A DNA stretch of 64,000 nt from Vermamoeba vermiformis (Eukaryota). The position numbers and the translations under genes are program-made. Numbering within the stretch: position 1 is the first letter of the stretch; the number at the start of each line of letters is the position of its first letter. Positions 1 through 14,658 of this stretch are shown here, in pieces. The DNA is taken from assembly GCA_045837725.1 (NCBI GenBank), contig JBEWZL010000048.1:1-64000 (forward strand), in the 5' to 3' direction. The notes under the pieces were generated by a model. The model was given only the letters and a program-made list of their open reading frames with translations, did no database searches and was not told the DNA's origin.

Positions 1-200
1 TTGGCCCTCTGTGACCTGCCGGTCATGCTCTCAGCCCTCTGTGACCTGCTGGTCACGCTCTCAGTCCTTGTGACCTGTTGGTCACGCTCTCAGTCCCTGT
101 GACCTGTTGGTCACGCTCTTGGCCCTCTGTGACCTGCTGGTCACGCTCTCAGTCCTTGTGACCTGCTGGTCACGCACTGGGCCCTCTGTAACCTATTGCC
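1..200. repeat. Tandem minisatellite, 29-30 bp unit, about 6.5 copies (probably truncated by the window start)
   Basis: Unit approximately (tcag/ttgg)ccctct-GTGACCtgctGGTCAC-gctc repeats directly; each unit has a 6-bp inverted repeat around a 4-nt loop. Confidence 0.95.
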
Positions 201-335
201 ATGCCTAGCAGCTGGGTTGTAGCTGCAAAAATAAAGCAAAATTTTAAGGATATGTTTTTTTTTTATTTGCCCTAAGACCCCTAAGCCCTAAAAGGCTATA
301 TAATCTATTTATTACTAAATTATAGTACATTACAT

Positions 336-3300
336 TTAATTTTCAGACTTTGTGGTGCCACTACGATTTTGTGTGCTTGTATCAAGATGTGCTTTTGTTG
401 TGTTAGAAGTACTAACTGGAGTCGTAGTAGTAAAGGCAACAATAGTTGTGATAGGACCAACTTCAACAAGTAACAATATAACTAAAAAATACTAATTAGA
501 TACTGCATAGGCCAATCTATTGAATAGCTTACCCATAGAGACGATGTTATTTTGGTAACCGGAGAAGAGGAGGCCAAGCAAAAATGCACACTGCAAAATC
601 ATGCCAATGGAACAAATTATCGTTGTTCTTGTAACCTAGTAAACTAATTACTAATTATATTTACGGAAATGTCAACGTACCACTGCGTGCATTGAGCTTT
701 TCTTATTGGAGGACTTTGATTTTTTCAAATTATTCGAAGCTCGAATGCCGAAAATTAAGAAGCTGATTGCCAAAGATAACGCTAACACAGAGATGAAGAG
801 TCGATAAACCATGGCAATAGCATATCTGTGGTTACATTATTATTATACTGATTAATAATATGACTTCACGGCAGAAATAATTACCTCGTAACAGTGTCGG
901 CAACAACTAATCTTCCTCCGCAAGACACGGTTGGTTGTGCAGGAATAGCCTCGTACAGAATGAGCAACAGAATGAACACGAAGTACATCGATGCGTTCAA
1001 GGCAATTCCGATCTTCTTCAGCGACTTGTACAGAGTAGATCTGCTAATGTCCAAACTTCGACGCATTGACAAGGCCCTTGGATAGGTTCAGGTTAATTAA
1101 GCACACGTAACATTACACTAATGTTGCTTACCAAACGATGACGTAAAAGCTCAAAGCGGAAAGGTACAAGACAGCTGGCAATTCAACGAGCACGTAGATA
1201 CCCTCGCTGTTTTCGGAGAGAACTCCGGTCAGCAATAGGATGAAGTAAATGCATCGCACTACACGTATACGTTAATCAATTTGCACACTATATCGTTCGA
1301 CAACATACCTAAGCTCAAAGCTCCGAAGCAAGCAAAAATCCAGAATTTGACTTGAGTCGTCATTCTGTTTCTGAGCATAATGACTTCTTTGTAAATGCAA
1401 AAGGCCAAATCAAAAGCGTAACCGATGATTAAGATGATGCCAAGTGCGACTTCGGCAGGCGGGAACAGCTGTTAAATTAATTAATACGTGTGTTAATATT
1501 GCAGGTCTTTGAGCACATACCGAAGAGGACGTTTTGTCTTTCCAATCAACGGATCGCCAAATGAACATGTAGACATCAACCGAATCGCTCGTAGGATTTC
1601 CCAAAATGGTGGTAGCGATGTTGCCGCAGTAATGCGTCGAATTCTGCCAAGTTGTGGCATTGAGAGGAACAACGCTCTTATTGCCGGTATTTCTATTGAA
1701 AAGGAATGAATATTTGTGTATGCATTTGCTGTACTTTGCTTACCCTAATGCAATGTCCAAGACGGTGAAGTCGCTTGTATTGTATTGTATATCATCCCGT
1801 ATACGGACACAGATCGTAGCGCCAGCTATCGTACCGGAGTCGTACTAATAATATGCGTTAAATACAATCAGGCCATTTACGTCCCGCGTACCTTAAATAC
1901 CAGCGAGTCCGAAGCGACTTTGCCGTACATCGCATTATTGGCGTTGAACAAGCCCCACTCTTTGTTAGTTTGAGTGTTGATCAAGAAAGTACCAAGAATA
2001 TCCTGTAATCAATTAGGACCGAAGAATTATTTGAGTTGAAGGATTGACTTACCTCTTTCGTGTATCGAAATTCGGTCGCACTAGCAATTGACATGCGCAG
2101 TGTCAAACAACCATCGCCTGCCTCTGTAGTAACGGCACCTTGCCCAATGAATACATCGGACGGACCCAACTGAATGAAAGTCAGTATCGATAGTATTTGC
2201 AATGAAATGGTGCTTACATTAATGTAGGTCGTAGTGCCCACGCACGCTATTTGCATTGCAAGTGAAGCAGACAATTGATAGCCGGTAAAACAGTTCTCGG
2301 ACTTGCCGCCATTCTGGGCACAGCCACAAGCGAGCACATCGACTAACTGCGCCTTTTGACTGTGGCGACATTGAGTAATGGTCTTGACTTGGTACGAGTA
2401 CTTGACCGATGCAGCAGTGCTGATCGCATCAGACAGCTTCATCATGTCAAACGTTTGAGCCTTGACCGTATAGCGAGATTGGTATGCTCGATCTCGCCAC
2501 TCGAGCTGTCGGGCCGTGCCTGATGCCCAGGTAGCCTGTAATGTGTAGTGAATATTTTTGACCTGCGTGCTTCATCGCTAGTAGACTTACTGGAATCCAG
2601 TCGTAGATCGTTTTGTATTGGCCGCCAATCTGTTGACATTGGTCCTGCGACTTGAACGAGTACACTTGATAGCCGTTATATTGATCGTTGAACACGGTCT
2701 CTAGGCATCCGTAGCCTAAGGCATTGCAATCAGTTTTTGTCAACGGCGTCGTGATCCATTGCCCATTAAGTTGTTGGCAAAATGTCGCGTTCAGTACATT
2801 TTGATCTATGCAACCAACCTAAGGGTATCATTAAGCCATGCCTTGTTAATATTGCCTCCTTACCTTAGTGGGAATGCGATAACCTAATCGATCGAAAGTT
2901 TTGTCACAACCGCTTGGGAAGTAGTAAGGAGTGTGCGGAAACACGCAAGAGCCAGCGCCAAATATTTCGGCCTCAGCGCACTTGCCGCCTTCTGTGATGC
3001 ACGCAGGTTCATTGGTACATGGCGCGCCATTGCAAGTGGCGTTGCAGCTCATTTGCTGAGTGCATTGATCCACGGAGACGACTGATGAAACCGTGCCATT
3101 GTGAAGAATGCAGCCGAGAGAAGCGTTGCAAGCGGCCTCTGTGGTCAACAGTTTAAACTACGCAAATTAAGTTAATAAGAAGTCAATTAACGTATGTTTG
3201 TCGTACCTCATTGCAATCAAGTCCGTTTTCGCATAAACCGCAGAACTGAGCACTCAACGAGCCATTAACACAGTTCGTGCTGCAATTCGCGGGGTCGGCA

Positions 3301-6300
3301 CATTCCATCCAGTTGCAGAACATTGACGAGGAGATACATTCGTTAGTTTGACTGGTTGTTGGCCTCTGTTTACACGAAGTTAGAACGAGGAACTGCTAGA
3401 ACCACAGAGCGACATACCCAAAGGAACAGTTCGTTGAAGAAGCACGGGAAGGGCACATTGCAATTGTGATCGAGACAGTCGTATCTGACGCACATCGGAT
3501 TGTAGCGATTAGGGAGGAGATTGACTAAGATCTCAAGCGTTAGTCATCGACGCTAATGAAACGATCGATAAGCGTACTGTATTCCCAGTGAGCACGATAA
3601 GGAATGGCCGACTCAAAGTCGTTGCCGCAGTCTGTAGTGGTCATCACTGACTTCCACTGCGCCAAATTCTGCGCGATTCCCACAGAAACTGCCGAGGAAA
3701 TGTTGTATTGAGTCTCTATCTGGTCGACAACGAACGGATCCAAAGCAGCGATAGAACATGCCAATATCTTTTCGAACTGAGTCTCGATATTGTACAAGCA
3801 TCGATGCGTCAGCATGTCACATTTCACACTGCTATCCGTACTGCAGTCGCTGTCCGAATAACAAGGAACGCCTTTCTCATCAACGCCGAAGTATTTGTCG
3901 CGGCAACGGTAGAACGGAAGCATTAACTGTCCTTCATACGTGGGACGCTGCGGAGTAAACTAATTAGACCCTGAGCAAAAATGAAATAAACACGTACGTC
4001 CGGTATGTTAGCCAAGCAGCCGGTGGCGAGGTCATCAATGCGTGCTACAGTTGAAGCGTAATCCTTGATGAACAAGTTCATGCAAGTAGGAGCATAGCAT
4101 TGCGACGCAATCGTCTGGTCATTAGTACTGGCAAGCACGTTGGATTCAAACGTTGTTGGTCGCGGGACGCAACCAGGGCCCGTCCAAGGTATTGACGAAT
4201 TGCAGCAAGGATCGACTGCAAAAGCCGCGAGATCCTATTATGAATTAATTAAAGTCACACCGAAATGAATAATAGCTCGAACTTACATTAAAAGTAGTGC
4301 ACTGCGAGGTAACGGCACTTTCTTCTATTACTCTAGCAGTGTACAGCCCTTGCACCATATCTGTGCACGCTGTGAATGTCTCGGAGGACGCAATAATATC
4401 CAACTGCAGTTCGTTAGATGACGTTTCATTGATTGAACGTGCACGTACCTCATATCGTGCGTTAATGATACTTTGACCAGTAGCTTGCTCTTGGTTACTC
4501 AATAACTCTGAAGCAAAGCTTTTTCTTGACGAGAACTGAGGATAGTCGCACTGGAACTGCTTTGGTGTGAATGTCGTGGATCCAACAAAGGCCTTTGATC
4601 AAATTAACACCATACAACCATAACCAATGCTAGACTTACAACTCCGTTGCTATCGCAAAACATGCCGTTGAAAAGCAATACTGAAGAAGCAAACTCATCT
4701 TCACTGACCAAATTCAAAGGCAACGATTGCAAGGTGCTTTGGTATCGTAGACGAATGCCCACCACGAATTTGTTCGGCAAAGGATTAACCGGCCGATCAA
4801 TAATGCTGTTGGAAAGTTAGAAATGAGTTGCGCCAACGAACCTCAACTTACTCGATCAATAAGAAGCGATCATCGTACACGGAGAAAAATGGTCGCGGGT
4901 AAAAAGGGTTCGGATCCTCCGTTGCCGTAACATGCCAGAAGTTCGAGCACGATGACAGTGGTGCATAATCTTGTGAGCATGAAAACTTTCTGTCGCCATA
5001 CAAGACGGATGCCGTATCTATTGCAAATTAACCAATTGCTAGTATTGATAATAGAACGTACTGTAAAAAGTGCTCCATTCAAATGGATTGTAACTTGTGA
5101 TCGAACGAAGGTGACTCCATCCTAAGATAAACGGTTAATATCAACTGACGAAGTTAGTCTTAATTGTCATCACCTGGATTTGTTGTTACGGAGACACGCG
5201 GAACCTCCGGATATCCATTGCCCAAATCCGTGACTGTAATATACAATGTCGCGTTATCCTTTCAAAGTGTTAGTTGAATATCGTAACCGATTTTTAATCG
5301 TCGAAATTTCAAAATTGAAATAACGCCTTACGTCGTTGTTGCAGGTAGACCAAATCAAGCGAGAATCACCCATGGCGTAAGAAATTTGAAGAACCGTCGG
5401 ATCTTCGCCGTCACCCATGCGCGGATATGGATTGGTGGTGGAAGTCATCCTGTTAAGGCAGAGTTAGTGGTGGCTATTGGTGATGTCGAAGATACTTACA
5501 AACCAACGTTAGAATAGATATTGATCGTAACTGGACATTGCTTTGGAATCTTGAAAGTGAACTGGTGATACACCTCGACAGTGTCGACAACCTTGGGCAC
5601 ATCGTCGTCAAGGCATTGGTGCGTTGCCGTGCTCGTCGTACAAGGAGTACTCGGTGCAGTGGTCGTAGAGAATGGCAAGGCTGAACAAGTCCGTTAGACG
5701 AAAGAAGTGTTTACCAATGATGTGCATAACGTTCACATACCTCGACTTAGAGCGCGTAAGGTGTAATTCGCTCCGTCAGCCATCTTCATTCCGTTGGAGA
5801 AAGTGCCATCAACAAGAATAACAAACGTGCCGAGTACTAGTTGGGGTTCAGTTGGACAAATCAGCATGCGATCTGAGCCGAATCTTTCGCTCGAACGCAA
5901 AGGGGGATTCATTCCTAAAATAGACATTTAAGATTTATGACTTTTTGACACAAAAGTGAATTTTTTTTAACGCTAAGTGTTACCTTGTACATCGTAAAGT
6001 TCCGCAGTCGTAATATAAAAGTCAACGTCACCGCGTGAGGAGATGAGGTCAAGGTTGACGAAGTTACAAGGGTCGTCTTAAAAGCAATATAAGTAAATTG
6101 TTGCGGTTGAATAACGTAACTAGCTGCGTTTACTTACTGGCAAACAATCTGAACAACCGTTGTTCTCCAAACGCCATCCGGTCCACATACGAAGAGTTCA
6201 ACTGCAAAATCTAATATGACACGTTTAAGTTACTTGCAAAAGTCACGATGAAATAAGTTACTGACCCTTTCAATACTGCAAGTTGGCCCTACAGGACAAG

Positions 6301-6830
6301 GACAGGTGGGATCACTGGCACGACTTCCAGCGCACACAGCCGGATCAGTGTAGTCGCAAGGAGCGCACACGGGAGTTGACGCGCACGTCATGTTACAATG
6401 TCCTAAAGTCATGACAATATTAGTAATCATAAATCAAGTCAAACAAATTGTAGATCGACTAGTTGTGGACATTAAAACGTGAAATTTTTGCTTACCATAT
6501 GAATCGCGCACAAAAACCTCTTCGTCGAATTCAACTTCCAACATTCCCTGCATCATAATTAGTTAAGGAGTTACAAAAATTATCACTGTTGTCAGAAGTC
6601 TATCGATAAGGCGGAGTAACTCTTACCACATCAATTTCCGCTCCTAAGAGGTTCGCAGGCTTTTTCTACATCAGGAAATACGATCGTTAGTCGAAAAGCG
6701 GGATAACCCAGCAAGTACTTACGTAGCTAGTGGCAGAGGTAATAGAGAGGCCGAACGAGTCCGTCACAACTAACGAGACGACAAGCGCTATCACCAATAC
6801 CCTTTGCAAGAAAGGGCTACGGTTGTTCAT
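336..6830 (-). CDS. Large multi-exon Cys-rich secreted ectodomain protein with a C-terminal THH1/TOM1/TOM3 (GPR137-like) multi-pass membrane domain
   Basis: Signal peptide MNNRSPFLQRVLVIALVVSLVVTDS at 6830; many Cys-rich exons between 2000 and 6400; about 7 hydrophobic segments in exons 340-1470, including LVELPAVLYLSAFSFYVIVW; stop TAA at 336-338. Confidence 0.75.
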
Positions 6831-8162
6831 CTTGTCTAAAGAGGTGTGGTGACTTTCGCAATGTTTGGTGTTGAAATAATACCTGTTCGCGAAATCGATA
6901 AATGCAGAATTTTTGGCTAAATTGCCATTACTTTAGCGCTAAAATTAGCAATTTACGGCCTATTTTAAGCCATAATTCGTTAATCTACCTAAAGTCACGC
7001 TGCATCATGTATCTCTCAAAGCTAGTCACGTATGTCCTACGATCGCATTTCGCGTGTCACATATCGTTTGTAAGCCTTACAAGTTAAATCCCTAGCATGC
7101 CAACAGATGAATTCGGAACAATTAATCGACATTTTTCGGTAGTTAACCTTCATGACTTGTCTTGAACAGGCACGGAGCTTGTCGTCAAACATCGTCGGAG
7201 TAAAGGGGTGACAACCCGGTGGTGAGCATTGTTTCGAAATCGCAACCCGAAATTGCCTTAATAAGAACCAATCAATTTATAAAACACAAAAATAAATTTG
7301 AATTCATATTAAATCTAAATTTAGCGAGGTCAAACTCCTCAAGTTGGACTGTCGAGCAGAAAAGCGTGTCTCACTGTATCTTACTTACGTCGGAGTTTAA
7401 ATTGTCTTATATCATCATTATGATTATAAAGCTAGTTTGCATAGAGCGTCGGTTTGACATATCAATAGGACTTCGAGATTCGCTGCGAAGGTAAATTAAT
7501 GTTCAGTATTTCTAATAAACTTATAAAATATAAGGATGTTACCTTATATTTACGAAATATATAGCTATATATTTTGGACAAAGCATCTGGATCAATTATT
7601 AAAATTGTGATAATAATTGTTGTCGCGATCTTTTCGAAGGTTCATTTAATATGAATATTGCTTAATTTTGGAGGTGTATTATCAAAAATCCTTACCAAAT
7701 ACTGCGCCAGATTTTTGTAATTAATTCGAAACTCGATCAAGCGCTGGCCAGTATCGGCGCTGTTTAATTATCCGAGATGGTCAAATTTGTCATAAGAGCT
7801 GCGCTGTTATTGGAGCTGGCAAGGTACCTTGTCGGAGCCAATTCGTTGTTCTAAAACAAAAAATCGACGCAAAAAATATTAACCAGACCTCTAAAGGAGG
7901 TCTATTTAGTCTATTATAGATAGTTATCAAAAGTTTGACTGAATTAACCGTAATCAGATCGGCCGCTTATTTTCGCTAGCAAGTAGCATCAACATTTATT
8001 CAAAAATCCTATTCTATATTGACAAATAACTTAAATTACACATTGGATCTGCTACTATTTACAAGTATGCGTGATTGACAAGTTGGGAAACAAAAAATTC
8101 TATATTACAATGTTGTAGCTGCCCAATCAAAATTGCAAACCCAAAAAGATCGAGACCTGGCT

Positions 8163-11100
8163 TTACTCGAAAGTAAGAGCCAATGCGATGGTAGTGTCTT
8201 GTGAGAATACCTCACCTCTGCGTGCAGGTATGATGCCACGAGAGCGTGGGCTGAAGGCGGGATCAGCGTTTGTGGTCGTTGGAGCCGAAGATCGAGTCAC
8301 CACAACGCAACTATCGTTGATGCTGAAGGCAGGAGTTATAGTACTCGCCTCAACATCGCTTCGATTCTATAAATAAATGGATTAAGAACCGTGCAGGAAA
8401 GTTTCAATGTTTGGAAATTTACAGATCCGAGATCGAGTAAATTTCAAGAAGTTTAATCTTTTCGAATCTTTACCTTGCTCTCTTTCAGGTCCACCCATTT
8501 GTGCTCAGAAATGGCAAAAGCTGGATAGAAAGTCGGGTAACTAGTGTAAGTCTGGAAAGGAATCTTGCTCATCGACTCGATCTCGCGCCAGTTGCATTTG
8601 GTTTCGTAGTCAATAGCAAATTTGGCATCCTTCTTGAACACTTTGAGCTCTCCATATTTGCTGCACACGTAGAGCGAATTATTATCCGCGAAGATACTGT
8701 AAACTGGACCAGTGAAGTTGGTACTATAATAAATTTATAAGATTAGTGGGCTATGATAATTAGATTGACGTGAAATTAATTTGGTGTACGAAAGATATTC
8801 TGCAACTCATAAGAAGTAAGGAAATTTAACGAAAATTTCGAGAACATAATCTCCGAGCGTGCTTCTTAAATGTTGCGTGTGAAAATCTATTCAGTGAAGT
8901 GTTTGATATTGATGGCATTAGTTAGCTACTTACTTGATTGTCATTAACTCGTTAATAGTACCCTCGACAGAATAAATTTTGACGAAGTAATTGGCCATGA
9001 GGGGCGGATCGTTCATATTTCGGCGTTGGACTTCGGGCGTAGCACCAGGAGAAGGGGAAGGGCTAGCAGGATTACTGCTTGGAGGTCTATTCATGTTCGA
9101 AGCGGACTTGTTCATCGCTTCAGCGTAAGAGACGTAAAAATACTTGTCGTCGGCATAGAACGACGAGGAGTGCGTAAATTGGCCGAAATAAAACCAGCCG
9201 ATCTTCGTTATTTGCGGTTGAAGAGCAAAAACAGTGATGTAACCTAACGTATTTAATCAGTTTGACTACCGACATTTGTCATTGCAAAATGGTGAATTAC
9301 GTACCGTTGGTAGTTGCAACGTAGAGTAGGTTCTTATAGCGTTGAACCTTGAACGAATAGACAGTATTGAGCGTAAATGTGCCGCCGTTGGCGTTGGTCG
9401 TCGGTTTTTCAACAACAGGATTCATTTGCGTGTTGATCTGCTCGTTCAACATGACGCACTGCATGTAGTTAGCATTGATCATGTCGGGATTGTCGCCAAA
9501 GTTAATGTCCTTCAAATAGGAGAAAACAACAGTGCCATCAGCGTGGGACACAACGAGAATCTCTTCGTCCACGTAAATGTGCGAAATGTAGCACGAGGTA
9601 CTGGGAATTTTACCGTTAGTCAAATTGAAATTATGTCTTAAAGTCTTCTAAACGTACCGTAATAAGGCGTGCTTGTGGGCATTCTTATTGGTGGGGATCA
9701 ATGTTACGTTCTCGTGACAGAACGACGCTCTTTCAATAACCCTAAAAATGACTCGTGTCAGATCTGATTGGTAGCTAAAAATACGCCTTTACTTACCTCA
9801 ATTGACCAGTGAAGTAGCCGACGAAGAAGTAATTTCTGTTCACTGCAAACGACGTCACCATCTGGTTAACGGGGGTGTTCTGAAAAAAGAGATTAAAAAT
9901 TGCTTCTTTCCTATATTTGTAAGTGTTCATTGAATTCTTTTGTGGGAAGGGCATTCATGAAATTCTTACAATAGGAAGTGCAGGACGAGCAGGTGTTGCG
10001 GGTGGTGGAACAACTGCAACCAAGGTATTGGTTTCACGCTTCCAGATCAAAGTTCGACCGTCGCGACAACCACCCAAGATGAACTGAGGATCGCTCAATG
10101 TAATGCGAATACCACTCACAGGATCGCTATAATGCAGGTCAATACCAAACACGATACTAAAATAAGTTAAACGTTGGGAACTTACGGATTCTCGTTGGTC
10201 CAAGGAATTTCTCGTAATTCATCAATACGAGCCAAAGTAAGGTTGTGCAAAGCAACGAGTGGATGACTAAATAAACGGGATTAATCTCCGCTCAATCTAA
10301 TTTCGTACTGAAACTGAAACAGTTTCACACTGGATTAATCTCCTTACCTGTCAACGTAAAGTGTAGATTTGTCGACGAAGAGGTTGCGGACAATACCAGG
10401 ATGAGCTACTGAATTCACTACGGCCAAAGAACCCGATTTTGTGCGAACTTCAATTGCGCCTAAACAATAAAAACAAGATCAGATCCACGAAGTAATGCGG
10501 GAGATTATGATCTTAAGCCTATTTTTAGACTTACCACTCAACGCAAGGTACAAGAAGTCGTTATCTACAGCAAATGCTTGCAAATCAGAGTCGGTCTTGT
10601 GCGACATAATTTCTCTGAAATTATTGTTATCAACGCGCTCCCAGATCTGAATTGCCTTCGTGAAAGCGACATAAATATGCTTTCCAACAATCTCCACGGC
10701 TTTTACCACGTTTTTCTCGTTCTTATCTGTTCAAAATTAAGCTTTCAGCTACCTTTGCCTTTTTTAGACATATATAAATTATTATAATTATGCCTTTAAT
10801 AAACGAGCGAAAGTATATTGAAATTGTGGTTACTCACCGAAAAAGACGTGCTTCTTCTTCTTCCACTTGTCCAATTTGTACCAAAGGCGAACAGTCGCAT
10901 CCGAAAAGGCGGCTTAGAAATTTGATTAAAATTTGTAGACTTTTTTTGAAAAGGTTATTATCCTTACCGTATAAATATACGTCGTCTGTTTTGAGCATAT
11001 GCGGAAATGTGTTTGCTTTCAGTTTCAGAACTTTGCTGATCCTTTTGGAGCTTTTGTCGAGGATAATGATATGGCCCTTGTTGATACCGATATATATCGA

Positions 11101-12011
11101 AGTTTTGTCGACAAGGGTGCACGTAACAACTACGGGTAGGTCAATTTTCTAAAAGTTCAAAATACAAACTTGTTAGATCGCCTATTTTAGGAAACACGAT
11201 TAAATTTGCTTACCAAAGGAATTAGCTTGTGGGTAAGGTTGAGCTGTTGCATCTCGTAATTTTTGGAGACGTCCCACCAAGTAAGCCAAAGATCTTCGCC
11301 ACCTGTCACGCTGTACAAAAATTTCTCATCTCCAAAGATCTTAGATACGTGTGGTGCGTAGAGTGTAGAGACTGGCTTAAGAGTACTATGCCATTCTCCC
11401 ATCATGCTATGCTCGTTTGCTACGGTCACCATTTTATAAAGGGTCACGGTACCTTCGTCGTCGGAAAAATCAGATTCTACAAGCGTAGATCCAATCAAAG
11501 ACAAATGGAGCTGATTGCGCAGGTATCTCCGTTGAGGTTGCACGACGGCCAAAGGTTGATCAAAGATTGAGAAGCTTCTTTTTCGCTTGTTGGGGCTAGC
11601 TTCGGCCGCAGTCGGAGGAGGATTTGGAGATGAGAACCGAAAATTAGGCAGACTATTTGCAAGGAAAGAAGATATTGCTGCACCATTTCCATTTGCGGCA
11701 AAGGTGGGCTTAGGCTCTGTTGGGACAGGGATCTTGGTCTCGCGGGCCTCTTTTTGCTGTTGTTGCTGTACGAACATCTGAATTTGCTCTTGAATGGCCA
11801 TATTACCGACACCAGGATGGCACCACGAAGGGAAAAAAGCACCGTCTTGCTTTTCTACTGGAACGTTTGCCATTTGGTTCCAGTCTTGTTGACCAACGTG
11901 GTATTGTTGTTCATTGACGGGATCTGGTCCCGTGAAATAATGAACTTCGCGCTCCTCTCCATTTGCTAGGGTTATTTTCCTCTTCTTGAATGGAGGTCCA
12001 TTGGATGCCAT
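8163..12011 (-). CDS. Multi-exon protein with a low-complexity N-terminus (basic NLS-like PFKKRK) and WD40/beta-propeller-like repeats
   Basis: Exons such as FILGGCRDGRTLIWK, IYVAFTKAIQIWE, LVVSHADGTVVF and LYSVTGGEDLWLTWWD resemble WD-type blades; bounded by GT-AG sites. Confidence 0.6.
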
Positions 12012-13042
12012 TGCTATTTGGTAAAGTCGGCAAAAGCTGCAGTTCTAAATGGTCGATCGTGCCCTTGAACTGCACGAGAACGTTAGAAAATCCAACAAAA
12101 AATAATAACGCTTGCGTGGTGTTATACGCAAGGAGATTAGACAAAAATAAAAGCATAACAGAACGTTGGTGCACGCATTTTTTTTCTAGGTTTTCGAGCT
12201 GTCAAACCCAAATATGGTCCGTGTCAGCGAAAATTTTCACAATATCAAAATACAATACTAAAATTTCAGCTTATTATACGTTTTCAAGCACTAATAGCAT
12301 GTTTTTGCCAACAGCCTTAGTTTGGCTGATGTCGTAGAAGTCGGCGTAACAAAAACGGTCATACATTGTTTCAGTACTGCTTCAATTGCTCCGCGCAGAG
12401 TAATTCCCTGCCCCAATCTCGACAAGCTCAAAATTAGGGTGCGTAAGTGGGCATTTCCAACCACTAACGTCATTAATTCAATGGGCAAAAGTTATCAACC
12501 GCAGATCGAAGTCGCGATTGAGAGTCTAAAATTACCCGCACTGCGCGTGATAAATTAATACAATTTAAAAGATTCTGTATTAATCACATGCATTGAGAGA
12601 TTTTCTTTACAGATCGGGAAACAAAAGAGCGAAAATTCCGTTGGATACCTCGCTTTACACATTGCGTAAAGGTCCCGATAAGAATTAAATGCCCGACTAG
12701 TGCGTGCTGGGTACATGAAATAACTGAACTTCGATAATTGAATTTAAAAACAAATTAATTAACCGTCGAAATGCAGCATACCTCGATCCGTAATTTTAAC
12801 CCCAGTGCACCGTAGATCCCATGGGAGTTCACCAACAATAAAGATAAGTACCTACGATAGTGATATAAGGCACGCGAAATCAAGAATGAAAGTTCGTCAC
12901 AAAAGTTACCTCGCGACATCCGTACAGCACAAAGAACATTTCTGCCGCATTCCTGCCGAAGATATTCACAGAAAGGCACACCATTTGCTCGGTTAATCAC
13001 AGAGAAGAGTCGCGCATCGGAGTTTATTGGGATCTGCCTCCT

Positions 13043-14564
13043 TTACTCGCTCTTTTTGTGGCCAGAGAACCCGTCCATTCCTTTTGCCGCGGCCATAACA
13101 TCTTGCGTAATGAAGTCAAAGACTTGAATAGGCAAGAAGTAACGCAGTCCGACGGCGAATTCTAGTACCAAAGTCAATCGCGTCTGGATTAAGAATATAA
13201 AACAATTGACTTACGACCAAACCACGGTAAGAACACGCGTGCTTTTTGCAATTTGATGGCCTTGACTATTTGCTCGACGACCCATTGCTCCTCAAGCAGC
13301 ATCAAGCTTTGCAACGGTTTCAGGAACGAAATGCCGGTAAACATTCCTAAACAATAAGCATTATTTCTGGATGCAGATACGCTGGACTACGTACCAGTGT
13401 TAATCGCGTTGGGATTGACGTAAGTTATTTTGACGCCAGATACGCCCTATCGAAAAGTCGTTAGTACACCTTTAATGCCATTAAATCACGTGCGAGTTTA
13501 CTTTATGACGCAGTTCAGTTCGAAGACCGTCCGAAAAACCAACGACCGCGAATTTACTAACGGAATAATCCACGAGCCTGTAGGTGGCGAAGTGACCCAT
13601 GACTAAGGACGATATTAAGTTATAAACCTGTCGAATGCTGAGCTAGTACGTACTTGAAGCGATGTTCACAATGTGACCGCTGTTGCGTGCAATCATGTCG
13701 GGCAAGAACGCCTTGACAGTCCAAAATTGAGCCACGGCGTTGACATTAATGACGCGCATTGTTTCTTCGTCGCTGCGTAAAAATTTAAATTTAAACGTTT
13801 AATGGCTGCGGTTAGATCACAATTGAGAATTTAATAACGCCATCAAGATCTGTTATTAAACCACAGATGACGAACGTTTAGTGAGATGAGCATTATATTG
13901 TTGGCGATAAATATTTGTTCGAGATCTCGTGGTTTGGATTTGGGATCTTACCTTGTGTCGAGTAATTCTTTTCCAACAACAATGCCTGCATTATTCATCA
14001 ATATATCTACAACGCCGACTGCTGATTTTACTTCTTTAGCAACAGAGTAGACATTTTCGGGCTTGGAAACGTCGCACACAAAGCCCCAAGCTTCTCCGCC
14101 ACTGGATTTGATTTCTTCAACTAAAATGCTTTTAATCAGTACTCTCCAAATTATATGCGGTGTTTATTTTCTCATCCAAACATTGCGAGAAAGTCTGCCG
14201 TGAAAATCAAAACCTTACCCGTGCGGTCCAAGTTATTTTTGTTGATGTCCCAGAGAACTACCTTAGCACCTAACTTCGCTAACTCTTTTGCGGTCTAGAA
14301 ATAATTGGGATTAGTTTGGTAATTAAAATTAATGCGCTCGTAAGACGAAAAAGCCTATGTATGCATTAAAAATAATTAATAATGGAATGAATAATATTAA
14401 TATTGTTTTAGTATTTATATACGTACTCCTTTGCCAATTCCATGAGCTCCACCGGTGATTAAAACGATTTTTCCTTTCACATCCTTAGCCCACAGCGCTA
14501 AGCCAATATGATCATAGAAATAATATAATACACAAAATATAGTTATATAAAATAGCCAAATCAT
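13043..14564 (-). CDS. Short-chain dehydrogenase/reductase (RDH10/SDR16C/17-beta-HSD11-like) with an N-terminal membrane anchor; absent from the ORF track because exons are short
   Basis: Spliced translation gives KGKIVLITGGAHGIGK (Rossmann TGxxxGxG), VDILMNNAG, WTVKAFLPDMIARNSGHIVNIAS and catalytic YSVSK (YxxxK). Confidence 0.9.
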
Positions 14565-14658
14565 TGTGGTAACTTGACCAGATCGAAAAGATTAAATGAA
14601 ATTTTCTTCCGCTGCCTTTTCATTCAAAAACAAACTAGAGCACAATATGGCGTAGTCC

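Noticed and set aside
1-200. CRISPR-like array of palindromic repeats
   Set aside because: The linkers are only 9-10 nt and resemble one another rather than being unique spacers; no cas genes; eukaryotic context
7085-7860. Possible small gene or pseudogene on the minus strand
   Set aside because: Exon-like patches exist, but the frames I tried hit stops and show no recognisable homology
12290-13000. Short ORFs and exon-like segments between the WD40-like gene and the SDR
   Set aside because: No consistent spliced model or recognisable domain could be built
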